Shown piece by piece: positions 42,481-52,005 of a stretch of 64,000 nt of DNA (its first letter is position 1; every line of letters begins with the position of its first letter). Source of the stretch: a virus (taxonomy: Duplodnaviria; Caudoviricetes); IMG/VR virus record IMGVR_UViG_3300033073_001153, positions 178,608 to 242,607 of that record; one strand, given 5' to 3'. Below the pieces are notes generated by a model. The model saw only the letters and a list, made by a program, of their open reading frames with translations, searched no databases and had not been told where the DNA came from. The translations under genes were made by a program, and so were the position numbers.

Positions 42481-42526
42481 ACCCTATTATTTAGTGTAAT
42501 GTATGAAGTCATACCATCAACCTTGA

Positions 42527-43159
42527 TCAATTTATGGTAATTATTTCATAAATTCCTTCATTCATGATGTCTATTAACTTTTTTCTAATTGGTAAATTAG
42601 ATATTTTATCCTTTACATACCATTTGTGATCAGAAGTACAACACACAATTTCTCCATTTTCAAATTCAATCTCATACACTTCTTGAGACCCTTTATCTAT
42701 CTTATAGAAAGGTCTCCATTCGATTCTATTTTTAGAAAAATTAAATGATTTCACCAAATCATTACGATCATCAACATTTTTGATCTCTACTTGCTGTTCT
42801 GATCCATTTCTGAGAATTGTTATAAGAGTATCTTCATGCAAGCATTCGTCTAATATGACGGACTTAATACCGCCATCCATAGATTTGGTTTGGGAGAATC
42901 CAACAATCTTATGCCGAACGGTATCAATTCCATTTTCATCAGAAGCATTGATATATAAGTAATCACAACCTAGAATATCATTAACGATAATCTTTGCTAT
43001 GCTACTTTTTCCGATTCCCGGAGTTCCCGTAAATAATATATGAGGAATATCCTTTTTTTGTTTAAAAGATTCCAACAAATCTCTTATTTCATCCGAAATA
43101 CAAAGATCTTCAATCTTTTTTGGACGATATTTTTCACACCACAAACTAGAAAAGTCCAT
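42527..43159 (-). CDS. gp44: Clamp loader gp44 N-terminal part (105 aa) fused to split-intein N-half (105 aa)
   Basis: LWCEKYRP, Walker A GTPGIGKS, INASDE, Walker B VILDE, then CLHEDTLI (block A) and CTSDHKW (block B TxxH), then stop. Confidence 0.9.
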   Translation of the reverse strand: MDFSSLWCEKYRPKKIEDLCISDEIRDLLESFKQKKDIPHILFTGTPGIGKSSIAKIIVNDILGCDYLYINASDENGIDTVRHKIVGFSQTKSMDGGIKSVILDECLHEDTLITILRNGSEQQVEIKNVDDRNDLVKSFNFSKNRIEWRPFYKIDKGSQEVYEIEFENGEIVCCTSDHKWYVKDKISNLPIRKKLIDIMNEGIYEIITIN

Positions 43160-43164
43160 ATATT

Positions 43165-43611
43165 TTATCGTCCAGATGAACCGAATCCTTTATCTCCACG
43201 TGAAGTGATGTCTTTGCTTTCTACCCAACAAGTTTCTGGTTCAAGAAGTTTATAAACTACAAGTTGTGAAATTCTATCACCTTTTTTAACATGATAATCT
43301 GTTTGGGTGTTGTTTATTAAAGAAATCCCCAATTTTCCACGATAAGAATTATCAATAACTCCAAAAAAACTCGTAATACCATGTTTGAAGAACATTCCTG
43401 ATCTAGATTCTACACGAATCCAATAACCCGGAGTAATAAATCCAATATCTAAGCCAATAGGCACATTTGCTGTACCATTTGCGGGGATTAAAGCATCTTC
43501 TACCGCATAAACATCATATCCAGTATCTCCAGTTAATAATTCTTTGTTATTTCTTTCTGGAAGACGAGCATCTTCGTGAGTTTTTACAAAACAAATTTTA
43601 ATATTTTCCAT
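43165..43611 (-). CDS. dut: dUTPase (trimeric)
   Basis: TGYDV, RSG, GVIDNSYRG, GDRISQL and RGDKGFGSSG motifs. Confidence 0.95.
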   Translation of the reverse strand: MENIKICFVKTHEDARLPERNNKELLTGDTGYDVYAVEDALIPANGTANVPIGLDIGFITPGYWIRVESRSGMFFKHGITSFFGVIDNSYRGKLGISLINNTQTDYHVKKGDRISQLVVYKLLEPETCWVESKDITSRGDKGFGSSGR

Positions 43612-43617
43612 TTTTCT

Positions 43618-43645
43618 AGTATAATGATTTTTTAGTTGAACACAA
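43618..43645 (-). promoter_or_regulatory. Sigma70-like promoter for the dut-gp44 operon
   Basis: TTGTGT-16 nt-TATACT on the - strand, ending 6 nt before ATG 43611. Confidence 0.5.
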
Positions 43646-43668
43646 GATAAAAATATCTAAATATAGAT

Positions 43669-44130
43669 ATGTCCGACGATTCAGAACTAGATGATACGGT
43701 AAATTCTCTTTTAAATCAACTAAAAACTGTGCCAACTGTTGCTAAAAAAGCAAAAGAAGCTTCTAACGACAACATTTCACGAGAAAGTTTGGAAAAATTT
43801 GTCGTACAATATGCTTCTAGGTTAGTAGAAAACGCTACGGAATCTGTAGAATACATTAAAGATAATGTTCAAGCTGCTCCTACCGCTGAAGATGTGGTTT
43901 CTCTTTCTGAACTCATAAAATCCACAGCAGGAGCTATCGAAATCTTAAATAAGATCGTAATAAACAAAGAAAAACTCGAAAATTCTGTCAAGATTAAAGA
44001 AATGGATATAAGCAGTAAGCGTGAAGAATTAGAAGTAAAAACTAATGTATTTCTTGCTTCAAGAGAAGATGTATTAAAACAACTTATCAATAAAACAAAA
44101 GTAATAGAAGCTACTACTGAAGAACTTTAA
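43669..44130 (+). CDS. Possible terminase small subunit (gp16-like)
   Basis: Helical LVENATES...LSELIKS...AIEILNK and C-terminal TNVFLASREDVLKQL resemble T4-like gp16; late motif upstream. Confidence 0.4.
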   Translation: MSDDSELDDTVNSLLNQLKTVPTVAKKAKEASNDNISRESLEKFVVQYASRLVENATESVEYIKDNVQAAPTAEDVVSLSELIKSTAGAIEILNKIVINKEKLENSVKIKEMDISSKREELEVKTNVFLASREDVLKQLINKTKVIEATTEEL

Positions 44131-45953
44131 ACTGGTTTATTTGGATTTGGATTCTTCCAAGCTTTAGTACTTCCATTACATCCCGGATGAGTTACAAATG
44201 AATCATAAACAGTTTCATTAGCGTCCCATTTTACATATTTAATGTATTCGGTATCCATTATTTTTTTGTAATTACTATTTGAAAAATATCTAACACGTTC
44301 CCAATCATTTTTAGATAAAAACATCGGAGCATATTGTGATGCTTCCTGAACATTCCACTTATCTGGGGGTTCTTTTGTATCTGCTATTTGAATCGTCAAT
44401 TTTAATTGATCGCTTCTTCCTGCTAATTTGCTCTTAAATGCATTAGTAGGTAAAAATTCATCTATTAAAAACTTATATTTAGACCCTAATAATCCACTAC
44501 CAGATTGATCCGCTACTTTTCTACGTTCAATCCAAGTATTTCCTCCTTTATCTGTGCAAGTAATAATAAGCACATCACCTTTTTTTACCATTCCACTATT
44601 TAAAGTTTCAGGAGCAACCGCAATACTTTTCAATGGAATTAACATATTTCCTGTATTTCCATAACCTTTTTCTGAACCTGTATCTGGACATTCATCCATT
44701 ATATAGCCATACTTGGTTAGTTTAACTTCTCCAAAGTTAAATTCATATTTTTTACCATTAGTTGGAGGTGTTTCTGTTCCAGATCCAGATGCTTCTACTA
44801 AATTTCCAGTAGCAGCAGTCCCGCCAGTAATAACTTGTTCAGCACCTTTAGATGGACCATCGTATGTATCGTATTTTGGTGCTTTTGGTGAATCATCATA
44901 TGTTCTGTAATCTGGAGTTTTAGGAATATCTAATGTATTTCTATATGTTGTTTCTGCTGCATACTGTGCAGGTGCTAAACTTCCTAAAATATCTACTAAT
45001 GATTTAACATTTCCATTTTTAACTCCTACATATTTTCTTTTAGCATATGCGGCATTCATTATTGGATCATATGCATTAAAACGCATTCCATTTGTATACA
45101 TTCTATAACAATCCCCTAATTGTCTTTGAATTTTAGACTGAATTACAGAATGCACGGTCGAAGTTGTAAAATAACTTTGCGTATCACCTGTTAAAGGCAT
45201 TCTGAAATATTCGCTATCAGGAGTTTTACCTGAACTCACTCCGCTTTTTACTCTTTCTCTGTCTTCTTTAGAAAAAAATGGCTTTACTCCGTCTCTGTAT
45301 AAATTTTGTGTTAATATTTTAAGCTTAAAAAATTCTGTTCTTACTTGAGGTTTTATCTTGTTTAAGATATTAGTTGCAATGTTAGTAGGAGCATGTAATA
45401 AATCATCTCCCGCTTGTGCTAAAATAGACGCACTGTCACTCAATGCTCTTCCAAAATCTCCTAAAGTTCCAATACTAGTAGAAGTTGGTTTAAAATAATT
45501 ACAAGGAGCTTTACATCCTTGCATAAGCTTTGCTAATTTATCTAAAAAATTAGAATCATTTTGCATTGGACGATTGTTAATTGTTATTGGATCTACTTTA
45601 AAATTAGATATAGAATAATTATTATTAGAAACGTATTTAAAACATTCTTCTACCTCTAATTTTACTGTATTTGAATAATATTCTGGATAAGTATTAACTT
45701 TTCTAACAAAAAAATTAATTGTTTGTACATCTAAATCAGGAGCATTTAAAATGAAAGTTTTTGTAAACTTTCTAAGACTTGCCATTGGATTAGAAGATTT
45801 TTTAACTGCTTTCCATGCATACATCAATTCTACTTCTTGTGGAAATGCGCTTGCAAATTCACAATAAGATGTATTCTTTTCTAAAAAAGATGGATCTGGT
45901 CCTATAGATATAGCTTCTAAAAATTCTGGAAATGTATTTCTATAAAATAACAT
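44127..45953 (-). CDS. Baseplate-associated protein with 3D/DPBB-like cell-wall lytic domain
   Basis: LTKYGY...G.GNTG...SIAVAP...KGDVLII...VADQSG...IDEF at about 44450-44735. Confidence 0.5.
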   Translation of the reverse strand: MLFYRNTFPEFLEAISIGPDPSFLEKNTSYCEFASAFPQEVELMYAWKAVKKSSNPMASLRKFTKTFILNAPDLDVQTINFFVRKVNTYPEYYSNTVKLEVEECFKYVSNNNYSISNFKVDPITINNRPMQNDSNFLDKLAKLMQGCKAPCNYFKPTSTSIGTLGDFGRALSDSASILAQAGDDLLHAPTNIATNILNKIKPQVRTEFFKLKILTQNLYRDGVKPFFSKEDRERVKSGVSSGKTPDSEYFRMPLTGDTQSYFTTSTVHSVIQSKIQRQLGDCYRMYTNGMRFNAYDPIMNAAYAKRKYVGVKNGNVKSLVDILGSLAPAQYAAETTYRNTLDIPKTPDYRTYDDSPKAPKYDTYDGPSKGAEQVITGGTAATGNLVEASGSGTETPPTNGKKYEFNFGEVKLTKYGYIMDECPDTGSEKGYGNTGNMLIPLKSIAVAPETLNSGMVKKGDVLIITCTDKGGNTWIERRKVADQSGSGLLGSKYKFLIDEFLPTNAFKSKLAGRSDQLKLTIQIADTKEPPDKWNVQEASQYAPMFLSKNDWERVRYFSNSNYKKIMDTEYIKYVKWDANETVYDSFVTHPGCNGSTKAWKNPNPNKPV

Positions 45954-45955
45954 AA

Positions 45956-47506
45956 TTAAACTCCTTGTTTTAAAAAATCCTCTAAACTTACCGAATCACT
46001 TTCATTACCATCAACTAATCTATATGGTTTTATTGTTTCTAATTCATTCTGATAAGTATTAAATTCAAAAATATGTTTAACTGATGTAATAAGATGCCTT
46101 CCTAAATTATTTAGATCCCATTTAGTAGTTACGAATCTTCCATTTTTATTTTCAGCAGTTTTTATTACATCTACAAATGATAAAGATTTTCTATGTGTTT
46201 TTCCTATTAATTTATATTGATAAACATTGTTTAAATACAACAAAGAAGCCATTTTTTGATTTAAATATTTCTTTTCGTCTAGAGCAGGAGGAAGAACTCC
46301 TTTGTTTGTGTCGAAATTATTCTTTTTATTTGGATTTGGGTAAAAATTAGGAAATGCTTCTAATTTTGTGTTTTCTGTATTACCGAATCCATCTTTAAAT
46401 GGTTTAACAAACAATTCATAAAAAGTTTTCATAAATGTTTCACTGTTTAATGTTGTTAAATCATATACCATAGATTTGTATCCTCTGGAACTAGACAAGA
46501 TTCCGCTATTTCCTGCTAAATCTACATTATATTTACATGTTGGAGAATCTACATAATATTGTATAATTCTAGACTCTTCGAAAGTTACTGGAAAAGTTTC
46601 CCATAAAATTGCAGGACTTTCTTTTCTATTTTCACCTTTGGAAAATTCATTTTGACTTGGAGAAGGAAATTTTAAAGTTTCGATAACATATTTCTTATTA
46701 TTTTCGAATAAATTTTTCAAAGATATTAATAAAAATTTCTTTTGATACCTATCAAATTGAAGAACACACGGAGATTTTTTATACGAATGAAATGACATTA
46801 CGTAATTTAAAACTTCCATGTATGACATTCCCCCATATGGATTTAAAGTAACCGAAACATCACTTTCTTCATCAAAAACTTTTTGATTAGAAAATGGATC
46901 TGTATAAAAAATTTCATCAGTTATTTGATTATCATTATATACTGAATATAATATAGCTTTGATAACATCACCAGTTGGTTTTGCATTTCCTCCATTTGTT
47001 TCCATGTAATTTCCACCCAATGCACCTGCTTTTTTTAACGCAAAAATATTACAAATATTTTCAGTTAACATGTATTGAGAATATTCAACCAATGATAATT
47101 TTTTACATATACTTTTATTAAACACTATATCTACACTTTCTGTTATAACAAAATTAAATTTCAAACCAACATGCTCTTTATTACTTTCATTAACCGAATC
47201 TTTTTCAAAATCTCCATTAACACATGGTATTATTTCTATATCAACAATATCACGACCGTTTCCTAAAAATACATAAGGACTAGGTGATTTTTCAATAACA
47301 GTAGAATCATTAGATATTATTAAAGTTGCCGTGTGAAAAGGATTAAATATATTATCTTCTATAGTTAAATGAATTACGGAATTTCTTTGTAAAAAAATAC
47401 AATCACCATTATTATTATATAATGCTAATTTGAAATAGTATTCTTCATTTCCATATTTTGCATAGAAATGTTTTTCTTTTACACTATTTGAAACATCAGT
47501 AAGCAT
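45956..47506 (-). CDS. Putative baseplate hub protein (gp27-like)
   Basis: LTIEDNIFNPFHTATLII N-terminus and G.HLITSVKHIF C-terminus, as in hub proteins; follows gp53. Confidence 0.55.
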   Translation of the reverse strand: MLTDVSNSVKEKHFYAKYGNEEYYFKLALYNNNGDCIFLQRNSVIHLTIEDNIFNPFHTATLIISNDSTVIEKSPSPYVFLGNGRDIVDIEIIPCVNGDFEKDSVNESNKEHVGLKFNFVITESVDIVFNKSICKKLSLVEYSQYMLTENICNIFALKKAGALGGNYMETNGGNAKPTGDVIKAILYSVYNDNQITDEIFYTDPFSNQKVFDEESDVSVTLNPYGGMSYMEVLNYVMSFHSYKKSPCVLQFDRYQKKFLLISLKNLFENNKKYVIETLKFPSPSQNEFSKGENRKESPAILWETFPVTFEESRIIQYYVDSPTCKYNVDLAGNSGILSSSRGYKSMVYDLTTLNSETFMKTFYELFVKPFKDGFGNTENTKLEAFPNFYPNPNKKNNFDTNKGVLPPALDEKKYLNQKMASLLYLNNVYQYKLIGKTHRKSLSFVDVIKTAENKNGRFVTTKWDLNNLGRHLITSVKHIFEFNTYQNELETIKPYRLVDGNESDSVSLEDFLKQGV

Positions 47507-47508
47507 AT

Positions 47509-47859
47509 TTAAATTTTTTGCTTAATAGAATTTAAAACATTTTCTAAATATTCTGGTTTAATTATTTTAATTTTAGATCCACCAGATAATAAACGTACAG
47601 GATTTCTAATATTATTCACTGCCATAATTAACCACCATAAATGTTGTGTTTTGTATATATCATTACTTAGTGTTGTTAATGGCATTTCTGATTGTACTAT
47701 AAAATATTGAAATACATCATCATCTAAATCAGAGGGAATTGATACTTTACTTAAAATATTATAAAATACATATGAATCATTATTTTCATTTGTTAATTCA
47801 TACGAATTAAAAATATTTTCATATCTTTCTGGTTCGTTTGTTAATGTAATTTTTTTCAT
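47509..47859 (-). CDS. gp53: Baseplate wedge gp53-like LysM protein (start probably 47859)
   Basis: LSNDIYKTQHLWWLIMAVNNIRNP...KIKIIKPEYL. Confidence 0.75.
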   Translation of the reverse strand: MKKITLTNEPERYENIFNSYELTNENNDSYVFYNILSKVSIPSDLDDDVFQYFIVQSEMPLTTLSNDIYKTQHLWWLIMAVNNIRNPVRLLSGGSKIKIIKPEYLENVLNSIKQKI

Positions 47860-47879
47860 ATAATAAATATGTATTATTT

Positions 47880-49208
47880 TTACCAATCTCCATCAACAGC
47901 ACCAGCATTTTTCCAATCTTCTTCTCTACCACCAAACATTTTTGTTTCGTTTTTAAACATTTCTTTAATTACAGTACCTACTCCATATCTTTGTGAAACA
48001 TCAATTCCAGAATCTCCCATTTCTGGAATAAAAAAGTTATTAACTTCAGAAGTAAGTGACTTAAATTCTATATGAACTTTAAATGCATCTGGAATAATAG
48101 CCTTTTTACCATTTGAGTTTGTTAATATACGCTTAGTACCTTCATGTTGAACTTGTAAACTGCTTATATAAGAATATGGATAAAATCCTCTGCCGGGAAT
48201 TGTTAATTCATATATACATGGAGGATCTACTAGTATTCTATTAAACCGATGTGGTGTATTTCTTATAACCAAATTTGTTATTAGTTCTAAATTCTTTAAA
48301 TAAGAATTAGGATTTATTGTATTAAATAAATAAAAATCAACAGAAGTAGTATAAGAAGAATCACCAAATCTATAAAATTGTGGTCTTTGTATATACATAC
48401 CCGGTTCTGTAATAGATGCCAAATTAATTAAATTTGCTGCCATTGACACAGTTTCAGATAAATTTTTTAATGATTTTTGCATCCAAGTATCTCCTTCATA
48501 AGAATCACTAAAATCATTTCCAATATTAACAAAATTAGGATCAAAATGAGGAAATCTATAAGTTTTTCCAGTTGGTTTTCTAATATAAAGATATGAGTAA
48601 TTTTTTTCTAAATCATTATTATTCCAACTTGCTGCGGAATTATCTAATACTTTAATTTGTTCAGCCATTTTGCTTCCTATATTTTTAGCATTTTCTGCTA
48701 TTTTCCCCATCAAATTTTGTTTATTTTCACTTATAAATTTAGCAAATGTATTATCTTTAAAATTAGCTATTTTCTCATAAAAAGAACTACCTACTGCATT
48801 AAAATTTGATTCTATAACATCTGGAAATAATAAAGCAGATGTCATTAAAGAAGTAACATAAGAATTTCCTGCTAATTTAAATTCTTTTATTTCTACATAA
48901 GGTATTTCATCTGCACTAGATATTTTATTTCTAGAATATGTCCAATCATAATCTCTAATAATATCTACAGTACTATTAACTACTTTTTCTTGTGGAGTTC
49001 TAGACATTTCTGTTTCTGGTCTAGTACCTCCATTACTTACGTTTTGTTTTGTTGGCTGTTTTTCTTGATATGATGACTGATCTTTTGATTTTTCTGGTTC
49101 AGAAGCTGCTGGATATGGAGGTCCAATAAATTCGGGATTAGTAGGAACAGCTTTTGGTGGTGCTGGTACTACATTTTGTCCAATAATTGGCATGAACTTT
49201 CCGGGCAT
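47880..49208 (-). CDS. Putative baseplate tail-tube cap (gp48-like)
   Basis: Tube-fold C-terminus F.LFNT...PPCIYEL...YISSLQV...IEFKSL, lying between the tape measure and gp53. Confidence 0.5.
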   Translation of the reverse strand: MPGKFMPIIGQNVVPAPPKAVPTNPEFIGPPYPAASEPEKSKDQSSYQEKQPTKQNVSNGGTRPETEMSRTPQEKVVNSTVDIIRDYDWTYSRNKISSADEIPYVEIKEFKLAGNSYVTSLMTSALLFPDVIESNFNAVGSSFYEKIANFKDNTFAKFISENKQNLMGKIAENAKNIGSKMAEQIKVLDNSAASWNNNDLEKNYSYLYIRKPTGKTYRFPHFDPNFVNIGNDFSDSYEGDTWMQKSLKNLSETVSMAANLINLASITEPGMYIQRPQFYRFGDSSYTTSVDFYLFNTINPNSYLKNLELITNLVIRNTPHRFNRILVDPPCIYELTIPGRGFYPYSYISSLQVQHEGTKRILTNSNGKKAIIPDAFKVHIEFKSLTSEVNNFFIPEMGDSGIDVSQRYGVGTVIKEMFKNETKMFGGREEDWKNAGAVDGDW

Positions 49209-49225
49209 ATCAATTATTTAATACC

Positions 49226-51193
49226 TTAATCTTGGAATGACATTGAAGTTAATTTCATATTGTTTATGAAATTTTCTTTTGTGGAAAAATTAGGAGTTTT
49301 GATACTAGAACTATTTTGTGGTATTGAAACGCCCCCGGACATCCCTCCATTTGATACTAATTGATACAACAAATTACCATTTATTTTTAATTGCTCTAAT
49401 TGTGCTTCTTGTACTGATAATTCTTGTGCATGTAAATCTAATATAGCTTTCTGAATTCCTGTATCAGATTTCAAATTCATATTGTAATTCTGATTTATTT
49501 CAGATTCCATTTTAATTTTTTCTAATTGCTTATAAGAATTAGAAAAAGAATCCAAGGCATTCGTAAAACTCAACAAAGGTGTGGTTAGTAATATTAAATC
49601 ATTTACTATATTTTTAATTTCTATACCACCAGATAGTGATTTCAATCCTTCTGCAAGATATTTTATGCCTGTTCCAAGAGATAAAAGTTTATCAGCATTA
49701 AGAGTTTCAAATTTCTTTATAAAAGAAACTGGATCTAATCCTATAAAACTACTTAATTTATCAGCTAATGCTCCAGCAGTTCCCATCATAGTTCCGCCTA
49801 ACATTGCTACCAATCCCGCACCAATTGCTATCATTCCCTTAGATACACTAATTAAATTATCTCCATTTACATTTCCAAATTTAATTAAAGCATCCGCAGA
49901 CATATCCATTACTTTAGCCAATGCTAACATAACACCACCTGCTATAAGTGTTGTTATCTCTCCAGTAAATTTCGTAATTCCTGTAATTATACCAAATGCT
50001 GCTACTAAAGAACCAAATGCTATCCCAGCTCTTTTTAAACCTTGGTCTATAGAATCCCAATCTTTACCAGAAAACTTTTCTAAATTATCAGCTAAATAAC
50101 CAATCAAATACACTAATTCAAACATTACACCACCTGATATTAATGTGTTAATGACTCCTCCAAATTTTGTAATTGTAGCAACTATTCCGAATAATGCTAT
50201 AAAAGATAAAACTGCTATTCCTGCTCTTTTCAAACCATTGTCTATTGATGACCAATTTTTACCAGAAAATTTCTCTAAATTTTTAGCCAAATATCCAATC
50301 AAATAAACCATACCCGCTAAAATTCCACCAGATATTAAAGTATTGATCTTTCCTCCAAATTTAATAATTGATGTAACTATTCCAAGAAATGCTATAAAAG
50401 TTAACATTGCTAATCCTCCTCGTTTCATTCCTTGATCTATTTCGCTCCAATTATTTTTACTATATTTTTTTAAATTCTCTGCCAAATATCCAATCAAATA
50501 TACTATACCACCTAAAACAATAGTAGCTCCTATAATATTAAATGATATTTTAGAAATTAAGAAAAATAGTCCAATTATTCCTCCTATTAAAAGTAAAATT
50601 TTAAAAGTTTTTCCTATATCGACTTTTCCAGCATTTGCCAATGCACTTATTATTAAGAAAAATCCAGTTCCCAACACAGCTAATCCTGCTATGTTTTTTA
50701 ATTTGTCCATCAAACTTTCCGATTCTGTTTTTTTCTTTTCTTTTGGAAGCGTTTGTGCACCCACTAAACGCTTTATATTATAAAGCATTTCTTCTTGATA
50801 CTCTTGTGTGTTAAATGCGTAATGCAATAAGTCTGATTTAAAATCAAACCATTCCATTTGGCGAAGCAAATAATTAGTATCACTCCTCGAACCTTTTCTA
50901 GAAAAGGCACCACCTCCTCCCATTCCAAAAATATCTTTAAATATTTTTGCGGTTTTCTTTGAATTTTCTTCGTTAAATCCTAATCCTAATACTTTTTTAT
51001 ATATTTGAGCAGCTACTTCTGATTGTATTTTTGCAGATATTTTTAATCTTTCTGCTTCGTCTTTATCAACTTTACCTTTTCTTGTTACTTTGCCAGTAGG
51101 ATCAGTTACATTTGTAAATGTAAAACCTCTATTCGCAATATTTTTTAATTGCGAAATAACACTATCTAACTTAGCTTCTAATGTAACACTCAC
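49226..51193 (-). CDS. Tape-measure-like protein (gp29 analogue)
   Basis: Helical and Gly/Ala/hydrophobic-rich, with three 65-aa repeats; follows the gp26/gp51-like genes. Confidence 0.65.
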   Translation of the reverse strand: MSVTLEAKLDSVISQLKNIANRGFTFTNVTDPTGKVTRKGKVDKDEAERLKISAKIQSEVAAQIYKKVLGLGFNEENSKKTAKIFKDIFGMGGGGAFSRKGSRSDTNYLLRQMEWFDFKSDLLHYAFNTQEYQEEMLYNIKRLVGAQTLPKEKKKTESESLMDKLKNIAGLAVLGTGFFLIISALANAGKVDIGKTFKILLLIGGIIGLFFLISKISFNIIGATIVLGGIVYLIGYLAENLKKYSKNNWSEIDQGMKRGGLAMLTFIAFLGIVTSIIKFGGKINTLISGGILAGMVYLIGYLAKNLEKFSGKNWSSIDNGLKRAGIAVLSFIALFGIVATITKFGGVINTLISGGVMFELVYLIGYLADNLEKFSGKDWDSIDQGLKRAGIAFGSLVAAFGIITGITKFTGEITTLIAGGVMLALAKVMDMSADALIKFGNVNGDNLISVSKGMIAIGAGLVAMLGGTMMGTAGALADKLSSFIGLDPVSFIKKFETLNADKLLSLGTGIKYLAEGLKSLSGGIEIKNIVNDLILLTTPLLSFTNALDSFSNSYKQLEKIKMESEINQNYNMNLKSDTGIQKAILDLHAQELSVQEAQLEQLKINGNLLYQLVSNGGMSGGVSIPQNSSSIKTPNFSTKENFINNMKLTSMSFQD

Positions 51194-51219
51194 TAATAAT
51201 ATTTATGAGTGTAATTCAG

Positions 51220-51966
51220 TTATTCTTTCGAAAATAAACGAGCATCAATTGGTAAAGTTTCACCGTCAACTGTAATATAATTCATTTCTTCTTTTCTAAA
51301 GTTCTGAATATATTCTAAAATTTGATTATTAATAGTAGCAGGAAGATTTTCCACAACAGTTAAACGATCTTTAATAGGCAATTCTTTCATGTTTATTTCG
51401 TCAGATCCTACTTTAATCTTAGAAACAAATTTCAAAATCTCATAAACAAACAAAGAACCCACGGTTTCACTCAAATCTTCTTCTTTGCTCTTCTTCAACT
51501 TTTCTAACTGAAAATTATTAATTTTTGTATCTTCATCCAAAGACAAAACACTCAATTCCAAAGAAATTTTCTGTTCTTCGAAATTTAATTCAACATTTTT
51601 AATATTAGAAAACTTCAAAGGTGTTTTTAACAAACCATCAATATTAAAAATAACATTTTTATTATCAATATTTAATGTAAATACAGAACCAAATGACTTA
51701 CTTCTTAGTGCTAATATAATTGGAATCTTATCTACTACTAAAAAATCATACTTTTCTATTGAATTATCAATAATAATTTGATTTATTACATTACTAATAG
51801 TAATTCCTCCCAATGCTCCGTCCATTCCACTCTTAATCAAATCCTTCTGTTGCTTTACAGAAATAGATTTAAATTTCATATTCTTATTCACTGAAGGAAC
51901 ATGAACACTAATCAAATCTGATTCATTAATTTCCTTTAATTTTGAAAGAATACTAGTTACACTCAT
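51220..51966 (-). CDS. gp26: Baseplate hub assembly protein gp26-like
   Basis: VPS..K.MKFK.ISVKQQKDLIK...DK..IILALRSKS.G. Confidence 0.7.
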   Translation of the reverse strand: MSVTSILSKLKEINESDLISVHVPSVNKNMKFKSISVKQQKDLIKSGMDGALGGITISNVINQIIIDNSIEKYDFLVVDKIPIILALRSKSFGSVFTLNIDNKNVIFNIDGLLKTPLKFSNIKNVELNFEEQKISLELSVLSLDEDTKINNFQLEKLKKSKEEDLSETVGSLFVYEILKFVSKIKVGSDEINMKELPIKDRLTVVENLPATINNQILEYIQNFRKEEMNYITVDGETLPIDARLFSKE

Positions 51967-52005
51967 AATAATGATTTACTATTAAATTCTCAAAATACAA
52001 GTTTC

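Noticed and set aside
40395-43159. A single contiguous intein with internal endonuclease broken by sequencing errors, or a group I intron
   Set aside because: The three ORFs lie in three different frames, so two frameshifts would be needed. The endonuclease has its own ATG and promoter motif, and only 46 non-coding nt are available, too few for a ribozyme core.
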